A DNA stretch of 57,626 bases from Actinomycetes bacterium (GTDB lineage Bacteria; Actinomycetota; Acidimicrobiia; IMCC26256; Chersky-534): the NCBI GenBank assembly GCA_025463865.1, contig JAODBH010000078.1:1-57626 (forward strand), written 5' to 3'. Below, piece by piece: positions 17,292 through 29,812 of this stretch. The notes under the pieces were generated by a model that had not been told where the DNA came from, made no database searches, and saw nothing but the letters and a program-made list of their open reading frames with translations. The position numbers were made by a program, and so were the translations under genes. The first letter of the stretch is position 1. Every line of letters begins with the position of its first letter.

Positions 17292-18804
17292 CACCGACGC
17301 GGAGCTCTCGGCTCCCCCCGATCGCGACCTGTCCTCCGTGGCCACCCGGCCCGACGGCCCGTTGCGCGAGTACGCCGCGCCGATCGTGCTCGCGGCGGTC
17401 ATGCTCGCGATGGGCCTGTTCCGGCTCGGATCCAAGACGGTCTGGCAGGACGAGGCCTTCACCTGGTCGAGCGCGACGTTGAGCAACGGAACGTTCGTCG
17501 CCAACATCGCCCACCACGAGGCCTCGCTCGGGCTGTTCCTCTCCTTGCAACGCGTCTGGATGTGGTTCGGCACGGGCGCGTTCTGGATCCGGCTCCCCTC
17601 GGTGATCTTCGCCACCGCGGTGATCCCGGTGCTGTGGATCGTCGCCCGCAGGCTGTCCGACGCCCGCACGGCCACGATCGCGGCGGCGTTGTTCGTCGTC
17701 AACGCCGCGTGGCTCTCCCACGTGCAGGAGGACCGCGTCTACCCGCTCGTCGTCCTGCTCGCCTGCTGCTCCACCTATTGGTTCGTCCGCGAGGTCGACG
17801 CACCGGGTCGTCGCAACCGCTGGTGGTGGGTCGTCACGAGCGTGCTCATGGTGCTGGCCCACGTGCTGTCGGCGCTGGTGCTCGTCGCGCAGATCCTCTC
17901 GCTGCTGGTGGCCCGGCCGGACCGGCAGCGCACCCGTCACGTGCTCGGTGGCGTGGGGATGATGGCGTGGGTCGTCGTCCCGTTCGGCCTGGTGGTCGCG
18001 GTGCAACCGGTCTTCAAGCTCGCCGACGACTCGTCGCCGAGCCTGCACTTCTTCACGACCACGATCCGCGATCTGGTGGGTCGGGGGACGCCGCTGCTCG
18101 GGTTGGAGGCTCTGGCCGCGGGTGCGGCGCTCTACGCCCTCTACCGCATCTTCCGCGCGCACGGACGCTCCGACGACGCGTGGCGGATCGCGCTCCCGGC
18201 TTTGTGGTTCGGGTTCTCCGTCGCCGCGTTCTTCGCCTACAGCCAGATCGCTCCGGTCTTCCAGGAGCGCTACATGCTCGCGTTCCTCCCGGGGGCCGTG
18301 ATCCTGGTGGCCATGGGCATCGGCCTGATCCCGACCCGGCCGTTGCAGGCCCTCGCGGTCGTGGTGCTGCTGGCGTTCGCCGGGCGCGGGGTGTGGAGCT
18401 GGTACGACGGCGAGCCCCGTCAGTCCTGGGGCAGCGTGGCCCGGATGCTCGAGCGCGACGCGCGACCGAACGACGCAATCGTGTTCGAAGCCGATCTCAG
18501 CCGCCTGCCGCTGGCCTACCAACTGCGGGATGAGCCGGCGACGCAGCGGAAGCTGTCGCCCACCTGGCCCGGTGGCCGGCCCTGGACCGCAGGCTTCACG
18601 AGCGACGACTACCGGTTCGCGACGATCTCGCCGGCGTCCATCACGCGTGCCGCCGCCGGTCACGACCGGGTCTGGGTCGTCGACGTGGGCGTGCACGACC
18701 GCGACACCCGCGCCGCGATCAGGTCGCTCGAACGACGCTACCGACGCGTGCGCGACGTCCGGTTCGACGACCTGACGCGACTGGCCCTGTACGAGCGTCG
18801 CTGA
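17284..18804 (+). CDS. GT-C fold glycosyltransferase (GT39/ArnT-like), paralog 2
   Basis: VWQDE, IRLPSVIF, QEDRVY; colinear with and visibly similar to paralog 1 along its whole length. Confidence 0.85.
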   Translation: MSRTDAELSAPPDRDLSSVATRPDGPLREYAAPIVLAAVMLAMGLFRLGSKTVWQDEAFTWSSATLSNGTFVANIAHHEASLGLFLSLQRVWMWFGTGAFWIRLPSVIFATAVIPVLWIVARRLSDARTATIAAALFVVNAAWLSHVQEDRVYPLVVLLACCSTYWFVREVDAPGRRNRWWWVVTSVLMVLAHVLSALVLVAQILSLLVARPDRQRTRHVLGGVGMMAWVVVPFGLVVAVQPVFKLADDSSPSLHFFTTTIRDLVGRGTPLLGLEALAAGAALYALYRIFRAHGRSDDAWRIALPALWFGFSVAAFFAYSQIAPVFQERYMLAFLPGAVILVAMGIGLIPTRPLQALAVVVLLAFAGRGVWSWYDGEPRQSWGSVARMLERDARPNDAIVFEADLSRLPLAYQLRDEPATQRKLSPTWPGGRPWTAGFTSDDYRFATISPASITRAAAGHDRVWVVDVGVHDRDTRAAIRSLERRYRRVRDVRFDDLTRLALYERR

Positions 18805-18919
18805 TCCGGGGGAGGCGCGCGACGGATCCCGCGGCCACGACCGCGGTGCGCGGTTGGTTCGCCCGGAACGCGTGCGCATGGGCCGATTCGGCCGGGACCC
18901 TCTGCCTAGACTCCCGGGC

Positions 18920-19378
18920 ATGATCGTTGCGATCGGGTCGGATCACGCCGGCTTCGCGTTGAAAGCGCACTTCATCGAGCTCCTCGAGCTCGAAGGTCAC
19001 GAGGTGACCGATCTCGGCACCGATTCCGAGGTACCGGTCGACTACCCCGCGTTCTGCGCCGCGGTCGGGCGCGCGGTCGCCCGCGGCGAGGCCGAACGGG
19101 GCATCGTCCTCGGCGGGAGCGGCCAGGGCGAGCAGATCGTCGCCAACAAGGTGCGCGGAATACGGGCCGCGCTCTGCAACGACCTGTGGACGGCCCGGCT
19201 CTCGCGCGAGCACAACGACGCGAACGTGCTCTCGATGGGCGCGCGCGTCGTCGGCTTCGGCCTCGCCGACGACATCCTGCGATTGTGGCTCGCGACGCCG
19301 TTCGCCGAAGGACGGCACGTCCGGCGGCTCGAGGAGATCGCCGAGATCGAGCGGGCCGAGGCCCGGGCGGCGACGTGA
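18920..19378 (+). CDS. rpiB: Ribose-5-phosphate isomerase B
   Basis: IGSDHAG, VDYP, GSGQGE, ANKVRGIRAA, HNDANV, RH. Leaderless: TAGACT at 18907-18912, 7 nt before the ATG. Confidence 0.96.
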   Translation: MIVAIGSDHAGFALKAHFIELLELEGHEVTDLGTDSEVPVDYPAFCAAVGRAVARGEAERGIVLGGSGQGEQIVANKVRGIRAALCNDLWTARLSREHNDANVLSMGARVVGFGLADDILRLWLATPFAEGRHVRRLEEIAEIERAEARAAT

Positions 19379-19404
19379 GCACGTCCGCGCGGCGGCGGTA
19401 GCGG

Positions 19405-20625
19405 GTGGGCGGCTACGCGGTCGTCCTCGCGGTGGCGGCCGTCGTCACCGCGATCGCCACGCCGCTGGTGCGGTGGACGGCGCTGCGGTTCGGTGCCGTG
19501 CAGTACCCGAGCGCGCGGTCGGTGCACCGCAAGCCGATGCCCACCATCGGCGGCGCCGGCATGTTCATCGGCTTCCTGGCCGCGATGGCGACCGCGTCGC
19601 AGATCCCCCAGTTCCACGAGATCTTCCACAACAGCACGGAACCGCTGGGGCTCGTCCTCGCGGCCGGAGTGATGTTCCTGGTGGGCGCGGTCGACGACCT
19701 CCGTCCGGTCTCGCCTCCGGCCAAGATCGCGGGCCAGGTGCTCAGCGGCAGCCTGCTCTCGGTGCTCGGCGTCACGATGCTGTACTTCCGCGTCCCCTTC
19801 GCGAGCTGGGACTACATCATCCTGTCGCCCGACCTCGCTCCGCTCGTCACGGTGCTCACCGTCGTGCTGATGGCCAACGCGATCAACCTCATCGACGGCC
19901 TCGACGGCCTTGCCTGCGGCATCGTGATCATCGCCGGAACGGCGCTGTTCCTCTACTCCGACCGGCTGTTCAAGGCCCACCTGCTCGAGGGCTCGAACAT
20001 CGGTCCGCTCGTCGCGATCCTCGCTGTCGGCGTCTGCGTGGGCTTCCTGCCGTTCAACTTCAATCCGGCCCGGATCTTCATGGGCGACGCGGGCGCGATG
20101 TTCCTGGGCCTCCTGCTCGCGGCGACCACGATCACCGTCGGCGGGCGCACCGCCGACCAGTTCAGCGGCCAGACCTACTTCTTCTTCGCGCCGCTGTTCA
20201 TCCCGGTGGTGATCCTCGGTGTCCCGATGATCGACACCGCGTTCTCCTTCGTGCGCCGCGTGTACCACCGCAAGTCGTTCGCGGTCGCCGACAAGGACCA
20301 CCTCCACCACCGCCTCATGCGCCTGGGCCACGGTCCCCGGCGCGCGGTGGTCATCCTCTGGCTCTGGACCGCGCTGCTCAGCGCGCTCGTGCTGACCCCG
20401 ACCTACACGAACCGGGGCAACGCACTCGTTCCGGTCGGCGTGCTGGGGCTCGCGCTCCTGCTCTACGCGTTCTTCCACCCCGGTCTGCGTCGGGCAAGGG
20501 AGGAGGCCGCGCTCGCGGCCGAAGAGGACGCAGCCGACGCCGCCCAGCAGGAAGCGGAGGCTCCGCCGCCCGAGGTCGTCCACTTGTCGGAGCGGCGGCG
20601 ATCGGACCGTCGACGGGCGCAGTAA
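19405..20625 (+). CDS. wecA: Polyprenyl-phosphate GlcNAc-1-phosphate transferase (WecA/TagO, MraY superfamily)
   Basis: PTIGG, GAVDD, NAINLIDGLDGL, FMGDAG and HLHHRL motifs; conserved position before the atp operon. Confidence 0.9.
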   Translation: MGGYAVVLAVAAVVTAIATPLVRWTALRFGAVQYPSARSVHRKPMPTIGGAGMFIGFLAAMATASQIPQFHEIFHNSTEPLGLVLAAGVMFLVGAVDDLRPVSPPAKIAGQVLSGSLLSVLGVTMLYFRVPFASWDYIILSPDLAPLVTVLTVVLMANAINLIDGLDGLACGIVIIAGTALFLYSDRLFKAHLLEGSNIGPLVAILAVGVCVGFLPFNFNPARIFMGDAGAMFLGLLLAATTITVGGRTADQFSGQTYFFFAPLFIPVVILGVPMIDTAFSFVRRVYHRKSFAVADKDHLHHRLMRLGHGPRRAVVILWLWTALLSALVLTPTYTNRGNALVPVGVLGLALLLYAFFHPGLRRAREEAALAAEEDAADAAQQEAEAPPPEVVHLSERRRSDRRRAQ

Positions 20626-20713
20626 CGGGCGTCGAAGGTCACCGGAGGCAGCGGACGAACCGTCGGCAGTGCGCCGGCGACTGCTAGTTTCCTCGCCCGC
20701 GGGCGCGCTCGGT

Positions 20714-20743
20714 TTGACGTTCCCCGCCGCGGTCCCATACATT
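20714..20743 (+). promoter_or_regulatory. Sigma-A type promoter of the atp operon
   Basis: TTGACG (20714-20719), 18 nt, TACATT (20738-20743). Confidence 0.75.
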
Positions 20744-20759
20744 GCGAAAACATTCACAA
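20742..20759. promoter_or_regulatory. Putative Rex (NADH/NAD+ sensing repressor) operator
   Basis: TTGCGAA-AACA-TTCACAA has one mismatch to TTGTGAA-N4-TTCACAA and overlaps the -10/start region. Confidence 0.75.
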
Positions 20760-20807
20760 GCTCGCCGGCAACTTTCCGCGCCGGTGGGACGTCGAGGGGT
20801 TCACCGA

Positions 20808-21095
20808 GTGGCGGCACGCAGCAAGCGGGCGATCTACCGAGGGTTCGACGACGGCTGGCAACAGGCCGTCGAGCTGACCGTCGCGCCCGTTCTCTTCGTG
20901 TTCCTCGGCGTCTGGCTCGACGCGAAGCTGGGCACGCGCCCGCTCTGGACCATCGCCCTCGTGCTGTTCGCGGGGGCCGGGTCGGTGGCAACCGCCTACG
21001 TCCGCTTCCAGGCCCGCTCGGCCAAGCAGGACGCGGGGAAGCCGTGGACGCGACGGGCGCAGCGCGCCGCCGCCGACGATCGGGACACCGCGTGA
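20808..21095 (+). CDS. atpZ: AtpZ/AtpI-family small membrane protein
   Basis: GVWLDAKLGTRPLW motif between two TMs; first gene of the atp operon; GAGGGG SD. Confidence 0.85.
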   Translation: MAARSKRAIYRGFDDGWQQAVELTVAPVLFVFLGVWLDAKLGTRPLWTIALVLFAGAGSVATAYVRFQARSAKQDAGKPWTRRAQRAAADDRDTA

Positions 21096-21532
21096 GCACG
21101 CCGAAGGTGACCCCGCCCGACGTCGACGGCATCGAGTCCCGGATCGCCCGCGACATCGCCCGGCACGCGGCGATGATCGCCCCGTTCGTGGTGCTCGTCA
21201 CCGGCCTCGTCTGGGGTTGGGCCGGAGCGCTGGGCGCCGCGCTCGCCTTCGGGCTCGTGGTCGTCAACTTCATGGCCGGCGCCGCCATCCTCGGGTGGGC
21301 GGCGCGCATCTCGCCCGAGACGGTCACGGTCGCGGCCATGGGTGGCTACCTCGTGAGCCTGCTGATCTTCGTCGCCGCGGGTGTGGCCATCAAGCAGGTC
21401 GCCGCGGTCGACTTCAAGGTCTTCTGCTTCACGCTCATCGGTGCGCACCTCGGACTCCTGTTCTGGGAGCTCCGCTCGATCAGTCTCAGCCTCGCATCGC
21501 CGGGTCTCCGACCCGCGAAGAACAAGGAGTAG
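21092..21532 (+). CDS. atpI: ATP synthase protein I
   Basis: Four-TM protein directly before atpB; GTGA overlap with atpZ. Confidence 0.8.
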   Translation: MSTPKVTPPDVDGIESRIARDIARHAAMIAPFVVLVTGLVWGWAGALGAALAFGLVVVNFMAGAAILGWAARISPETVTVAAMGGYLVSLLIFVAAGVAIKQVAAVDFKVFCFTLIGAHLGLLFWELRSISLSLASPGLRPAKNKE

Positions 21533-21538
21533 TCAGGC

Positions 21539-22638
<1,100 letters not shown>

Positions 22639-22651
22639 GGAGCCCTTCACC

Positions 22652-23326
22652 ATGAAGATCCGAAAGCTGTTGGCGACCGCCGGCGTCGCCATGGCGCTGG
22701 TGATCGCGGTTCCGTCCGTCGCGTCCGCGGCGGCCAAGCCCAGCGAGTTCACCGATTGCATGCTCAAGGCCAGCGAGCTGAAGACCACCACCGCGCAGGA
22801 CAACGCGGCGAACAACTGCCACAAGGCGACGAGTCCGATCCTGCCTGCGCTCAACGAGATCGTCTGGGGCGGCATCGCGTTCCTGATCGTGGCCGGTGTG
22901 CTGCTGAAGTTCGCGTTCCCTGCGCTCAAGAAGGGCCTGGCGGACCGATCGGCCAAGATCGCGTCCGACATCGCCGGGGCCGAAGCCGCCCGGGCCGCGG
23001 CCGAGGCCGAGGCCGCCGAGTACCAGGCGAAGCTGGCCGAAGCGCGGTCGGATGCGGGCCGGATCATCGAGGAGGCCCGACAGAGCGCCGAGGCGTTGCG
23101 GGCCGATCTCGTCGCCCGGGCCGAAGCCGACGCCCAGGGCATCCGGGCCCGTGCGTCGGAAGAGGTCCAGGCACTCACCGCCCGGGCCCTCGCCGACCTG
23201 CAGGGCCGGGTCGCCGACCTCTCGATCGAGCTGGCCGAGAAGGTCGTCGAGCACAACCTCGACCACGACACGCAGATCGCGCTGATCGAGGGCTACATCA
23301 ACTCGGTGGGGACGTCGGGCGGATGA
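22652..23326 (+). CDS. atpF: ATP synthase Fo subunit b with N-terminal extension
   Basis: SPILP...TM...KFAFP followed by an Ala/Glu-rich coiled coil; about 60 extra N-terminal residues. Confidence 0.93.
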   Translation: MKIRKLLATAGVAMALVIAVPSVASAAAKPSEFTDCMLKASELKTTTAQDNAANNCHKATSPILPALNEIVWGGIAFLIVAGVLLKFAFPALKKGLADRSAKIASDIAGAEAARAAAEAEAAEYQAKLAEARSDAGRIIEEARQSAEALRADLVARAEADAQGIRARASEEVQALTARALADLQGRVADLSIELAEKVVEHNLDHDTQIALIEGYINSVGTSGG

Positions 23327-23847
23327 GCGAGCGCAGCAAGGCCTACGCCGAAGCGATGCTGGCCGTCGCCAAGGCCGAGGGCTACCTCGCCGACGTCGAG
23401 GACGACCTGTTCCGCTTCGCCCGGACCGTCGAGGCGAACGACGAGCTCCTGCTCGCGCTCACCAATCGGAACCTGCCGACCGAACGTCGTCTGGCCGTCG
23501 TCGAGGACCTCATGGGCGGCAAGGCCCTCGCGACGAGCGTGGCGCTCGCGTCGATGGTCGTCGCCGCGGGCCGAGCCGGCGAGCTCGGCGAGATCGTCGA
23601 CGAGTTCGTCGCCGCCGCGGCCGCCGAGCGCGACCAGGAGGTCGCCGAGGTCCGTAGCGCCATCCCCCTCACCGACGAGCAGATCACCCGCCTCACCGCC
23701 GCGCTGTCCGCGGCCACCGGCAAGGCCGTGGAGGTCAAACTGGTCGTCGACCCCCACGTGCTCGGAGGACTGGTCGCCCGTCTGGGTGACCTCGTCATCG
23801 ACGGCACCGTCCGTCACCGGCTCGACCAGCTGAAGGAGCAGATCTGA
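23323..23847 (+). CDS. atpH: ATP synthase F1 subunit delta
   Basis: [28 protein letters not shown]; ATGA overlap with atpF. Confidence 0.95.
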   Translation: MSERSKAYAEAMLAVAKAEGYLADVEDDLFRFARTVEANDELLLALTNRNLPTERRLAVVEDLMGGKALATSVALASMVVAAGRAGELGEIVDEFVAAAAAERDQEVAEVRSAIPLTDEQITRLTAALSAATGKAVEVKLVVDPHVLGGLVARLGDLVIDGTVRHRLDQLKEQI

Positions 23848-25454
23848 TGGCGGAGCTCACCATCAACGCCGACGAGATCGCCGCGGCCCTGCGCAAGCAC
23901 GTCGCGTCGTTCACCCCGTCGCTCGAGCAGAGCCAGGTCGGGCGCGTGCTCGAGGTCGGCGACGGCATCGCCAAGATCTCCGGGCTGCCCAACGTCGCGG
24001 TCAACGAGATCCTCGAGTTCGACGGCGGTGCCATCGGCCTCGCGTTGAACCTGGAAGAGGACGCGATCGGCGCGGTCGTGCTCGGCCGGTCGGAGTCGAT
24101 CGAAGAGGGTCACGCGGCCCGGGCCACCGGCCGGATCCTCTCGGTGCCGGTCGGCGACGCGCTGCTCGGCCGGGTCGTGAACGCCCTCGGCCAGCCGATC
24201 GACGGCGCCGGGCCGATCACCACCGACATCTATCGCCGCCTCGAGGTCCAGGCGCCCGGGCTCATCGCGCGCCAGCCCGTGGCCGAGCCCCTCCAGACGG
24301 GCATCAAGGCCATCGACGCGATGACGCCGGTCGGCCGCGGTCAGCGTGAGCTCATCATCGGCGACCGCAAGACCGGCAAGACCACGGTCGCCATCGACAC
24401 GATCCTGAACCAGAAGGGTCAGGGCGTGAAGTGCATCTACGTCGCGGTCGGCCAGAAGGCCTCGACCGTCGCGCAGACCCGCCAGACCCTCGAGAACCAC
24501 GGCGCGATGGAGTACACCGTCATCGTCAACGCGCCCGCGAGTGACGAGGCCGTGTTCAAGTACCTCGCCCCCTACGCCGGTTGCGCGGCGGGCCAGCACT
24601 GGATGGACAACGGCGAGGCCGCCCTCATCGTCTACGACGACCTGAGCAAGCAGGCCGAGGCCTACCGCCAGGTGTCGCTCCTCCTGCGCCGGCCACCGGG
24701 GCGCGAGGCCTACCCCGGCGACGTCTTCTACCTCCACTCCCGCCTGCTCGAGCGGGCCGCGAAGCTCAGCGACGCCCTCGGCGGGGGCTCGCTCACCGCG
24801 CTACCGATCATCGAGACCAAGGCCGGTGACGTCTCCGCCTACATCCCGACCAACGTCATCTCGATCACCGACGGCCAGATCTACCTGGTCGACGACCTGT
24901 TCAAGTCGGGTGTGCGTCCCGCGGTCGACGTCGGCATCTCGGTCTCCCGCGTGGGAAGCGCGGCCCAGACGAAGGCGATGAAGGCGGTCGCCGGAACCCT
25001 GAAGCTCGACCTCGCCCAGTTCCGCGACCTGGAGGCCTTCGCCACCTTCGGCTCCGAGCTCGACGCGATCTCGAGTGCCCAGCTCGAGCGCGGCTACAGG
25101 CTGGTGGAGCTGCTCAAGCAGCCCCTCAACTCGCCCATGCCGATGGAGGAGCAGGTCATCAGCATCTACGCCGGTACCACCGGCGTCCTCGACGACCTGC
25201 CCGTCGCGGCGGTCAAGCGCTTCGAGTCCGAGCTGCTGGAGTACTTCCGCACCCGCCACGCCGACATCCTCGAGCAGATCCGCACGTCCGGGAAGCTGCC
25301 CGAGGAGGAAGTGCTGAAGCAGGCCATCGCCGACTTCAAGGCCGGCTTCCAGATCGAGCTCGACCAGCCGGCAACCGGCCCGACCGCGCCGCTTCCGGAA
25401 GACGCCGAGGCCCCGGGTGAACCCGTCTCCGACAAGACGCTGGCGACGGAGTAG
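23847..25454 (+). CDS. atpA: ATP synthase F1 subunit alpha
   Basis: [29 protein letters not shown]. Confidence 0.99.
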   Translation: MAELTINADEIAAALRKHVASFTPSLEQSQVGRVLEVGDGIAKISGLPNVAVNEILEFDGGAIGLALNLEEDAIGAVVLGRSESIEEGHAARATGRILSVPVGDALLGRVVNALGQPIDGAGPITTDIYRRLEVQAPGLIARQPVAEPLQTGIKAIDAMTPVGRGQRELIIGDRKTGKTTVAIDTILNQKGQGVKCIYVAVGQKASTVAQTRQTLENHGAMEYTVIVNAPASDEAVFKYLAPYAGCAAGQHWMDNGEAALIVYDDLSKQAEAYRQVSLLLRRPPGREAYPGDVFYLHSRLLERAAKLSDALGGGSLTALPIIETKAGDVSAYIPTNVISITDGQIYLVDDLFKSGVRPAVDVGISVSRVGSAAQTKAMKAVAGTLKLDLAQFRDLEAFATFGSELDAISSAQLERGYRLVELLKQPLNSPMPMEEQVISIYAGTTGVLDDLPVAAVKRFESELLEYFRTRHADILEQIRTSGKLPEEEVLKQAIADFKAGFQIELDQPATGPTAPLPEDAEAPGEPVSDKTLATE

Positions 25455-25457
25455 CTC

Positions 25458-26429
25458 GTGGCGGGTGGGCAGGAGCGAGTCCTGCGGCGACGGATCAAGA
25501 GCATCCAGAGCACCAAGAAGATCACCCGCGCGATGGAGCTCATCGCCGGGAGCCGGATCATCAAGGCCCAGGCGCGTGTGCACGCCGCGGTCCCGTACTC
25601 CGACGCGATCACCGAAGCGGTCCGCGACCTCGCCGCCGCGGGCGCCGGCATCGACAGCCCGTTGCTGACTCCCCGGCCGGAGATCAAGAAGGTGTGCCAC
25701 ATCGTCGTGACCGCCGACCGCGGTCTCTGTGGTGCCTACAACTCGTCGGTCATCCGCGCCGCCGAGGGCTCGATGCGTGAGCAGCAGGCACTCGGCCGCG
25801 ACTATTCGCTCGTGCTGCTCGGCCGCAAGGGCGAGGGCTACTTCCGCTACCGCAACTACCGCATCGACGAGGCGTTCACCGGCTTCAGCGAGCAGCCGAC
25901 CTACGAGGACGCGCGCCGCGTCGCCGCCGCGGTCACCCGTCGGTTCCTGTCCGGTGAGGTCGACCTGGTCGAGATCATCTACACCCGGTTCATCTCCGTG
26001 GGTTCGCAGGAGGTGGTGCTCCGGCCGATCATGCCGCTGGAGCAGGAGGTCGTCTCCGACGGCGACGCCCGCCCTGCACCGTCCGAAGCCGGCGCCGGTG
26101 CCTCCTACGAGTTCGAGCCGTCACCGGAGTCGATCCTCGACCGGCTCCTCCCGCGCTACGTCGAGGCCCGCATCTTCGCCGCGCTGCTCAACGCGTCGGC
26201 GTCGGAGCAGGCCGCGCGGCAACGGGCCATGAAGTCCGCCACCGACAACGCGGAGGACCTCATCACCCGCCTGGCCCGCATCATGAACCGTGCCCGCCAG
26301 GACTCGATCACCACCGAGATCATGGAGATCGTCAGCGGCGCGGAGTCCCTGCGCGGCGGCACCCACGACACCGATGTCCCCGACAAGCTGCTGGCGACGA
26401 CCAACAACGCCGGCACCACGCAAGGCTAG
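25458..26429 (+). CDS. atpG: ATP synthase F1 subunit gamma
   Basis: KITRAMELIA, DRGLCGAYN, RARQDSITTEIMEI. Confidence 0.98.
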   Translation: MAGGQERVLRRRIKSIQSTKKITRAMELIAGSRIIKAQARVHAAVPYSDAITEAVRDLAAAGAGIDSPLLTPRPEIKKVCHIVVTADRGLCGAYNSSVIRAAEGSMREQQALGRDYSLVLLGRKGEGYFRYRNYRIDEAFTGFSEQPTYEDARRVAAAVTRRFLSGEVDLVEIIYTRFISVGSQEVVLRPIMPLEQEVVSDGDARPAPSEAGAGASYEFEPSPESILDRLLPRYVEARIFAALLNASASEQAARQRAMKSATDNAEDLITRLARIMNRARQDSITTEIMEIVSGAESLRGGTHDTDVPDKLLATTNNAGTTQG

Positions 26430-28282
<1,853 letters not shown>

Positions 28283-28306
28283 TCCCGAGGGACCTTCAGG
28301 GAGTCG

Positions 28307-28603
28307 CTATGGAGCGACGGTGGTGACGACCGGTGCGGTCGTGCCCGGGGCGGCCTGGCACGGCGACGGCAGGTGGATCGCCTTCCCGGCGATCTTGCAC
28401 GTGCACGTCTTGGCGCAGTCGTCGAGCGAGCCGCGGTAGACGTAGGCGCCGATCGCCAGCCCCGCGAGGCAGGCGATGATCACCATGCGCAGGAACGCCT
28501 TGGGGATCGACACCGCAGCGAACAACGCCGCCAATCCGGCGATCGCGACGACCACCCAGGTCATCGCCTTCAGATTCTCGAGATCAACCCAGCTCGGCCA
28601 CAC
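28307..28603 (-). CDS. Small two-TM membrane protein with Cys-rich C-terminus (hypothetical)
   Basis: Two hydrophobic helices followed by CAKTCTC...C. TAAGTT lies 8 nt before GTG 28603; alternative start ATG 28564. Confidence 0.6.
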   Translation of the reverse strand: MWPSWVDLENLKAMTWVVVAIAGLAALFAAVSIPKAFLRMVIIACLAGLAIGAYVYRGSLDDCAKTCTCKIAGKAIHLPSPCQAAPGTTAPVVTTVAP

Positions 28604-28689
28604 GGAGCGAGAACTTACCGACGCGATCGCGCCAAGACGCGGATGCTCGGCCTCCGTCGTTGCGCGCGCGATGGCCCGGGGCGAGCGGC

Positions 28690-29688
28690 TCAGTCGTAGC
28701 TGACGGCGCTGTAGCGCATCAGCTTCTGCCACTGGTGGGTGGCGTCGATCTTGCGGATCGTGCCCGTCTTGGCCCGCATGACGAGGGTCTGCGTGTAGGC
28801 GCCGGTGCCCCAGTAGCGGACGCCCTTGAGCAGCTCGCCCTCGGTGATGCCGCTGGCGGAGAAGAAGACGTCCTCGCCGCTCACGAGGTCGTTGGTGGAC
28901 AGCACGCGGTCGAGGTCGTAGCCAGCGTCGAGCGCGGCGTTGCGCTCCTCGTCGTTGCGCGGGTAGAGGCGGCCCTGGATCTCGCCACCGAGGCACTTGA
29001 GCGCGCACGCGGCGATGACGCCCTCGGGCGTGCCGCCGATGCCGATGAGCATGTTGACGCCGCTCTCCGGCCACGCGCACGCGATGGCGCCGGCGACGTC
29101 ACCGTCCTGGATGAGCCGGATCCGGGCGCCGGCCTCGCGGACCTCGTCGATGATGCCGGTGTGACGCTCGCGGTCGAGGATCATCACGGTGACGTCCTCG
29201 ACGTCCTCACCGAGGGCCTTGGCCACCTTCTGGATGTTGTCCTCGATCGGCGCGTTGATGTCGATCACACCCGCGGCCTCGGGGCCGGTGGCGATCTTCT
29301 CCATGTAGACGCATGGGCCCGGGTCGAACATCGTGCCCCGCTCGGAGACGCCGATGACCGAGACCGCGCCCGGACGGCCGAGGGAGGTGAGGGTGGTGCC
29401 GTCGATCGGGTCGACTGCGATGTCGCACGGCGGGCCGCCGCTGCCGGTGCCGATCTCCTCGCCGTTGTAGAGCATCGGCGCTTCGTCCTTCTCGCCCTCG
29501 CCGATGATCACGACGCCTTCCATCGACACGGTGTTGAGCACCAGCCGCATCGCGTCGACCGCGGCCTGGTCGGCCGCCATCTTGTCGCCGCGGCCCACCC
29601 AGCGGCCGGCCGCGAGAGCGGCGGCCTCGGTGACGCGGGCGAGCTCCATGGCGAGGTTGCGATCCGGTGCTTGCGGCTCGTGTTCCAT
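28690..29688 (-). CDS. glpX: Class II fructose-1,6-bisphosphatase
   Basis: [43 protein letters not shown]; GGAG SD. Confidence 0.97.
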   Translation of the reverse strand: MEHEPQAPDRNLAMELARVTEAAALAAGRWVGRGDKMAADQAAVDAMRLVLNTVSMEGVVIIGEGEKDEAPMLYNGEEIGTGSGGPPCDIAVDPIDGTTLTSLGRPGAVSVIGVSERGTMFDPGPCVYMEKIATGPEAAGVIDINAPIEDNIQKVAKALGEDVEDVTVMILDRERHTGIIDEVREAGARIRLIQDGDVAGAIACAWPESGVNMLIGIGGTPEGVIAACALKCLGGEIQGRLYPRNDEERNAALDAGYDLDRVLSTNDLVSGEDVFFSASGITEGELLKGVRYWGTGAYTQTLVMRAKTGTIRKIDATHQWQKLMRYSAVSYD

Positions 29689-29812
29689 CGGGCTCCTGCG
29701 TGATCCGGCACCGCCCGGCGGCGGGCGCCGTGGGCTCGTGAGTGCCGAGCAGTGTAGGACGGCACGGGTGCAGGTGCGATCGTTCCCCGGATCACGTGCG
29801 ATCATTCGGCCC

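Noticed and set aside
4908-18900. Prophage or integrative element
   Set aside because: No integrase, transposase, phage genes, att-like repeats or evident compositional shift.
28284-28303. Intrinsic terminator after atpC
   Set aside because: Only a short imperfect stem with no U-tract; not enough support.
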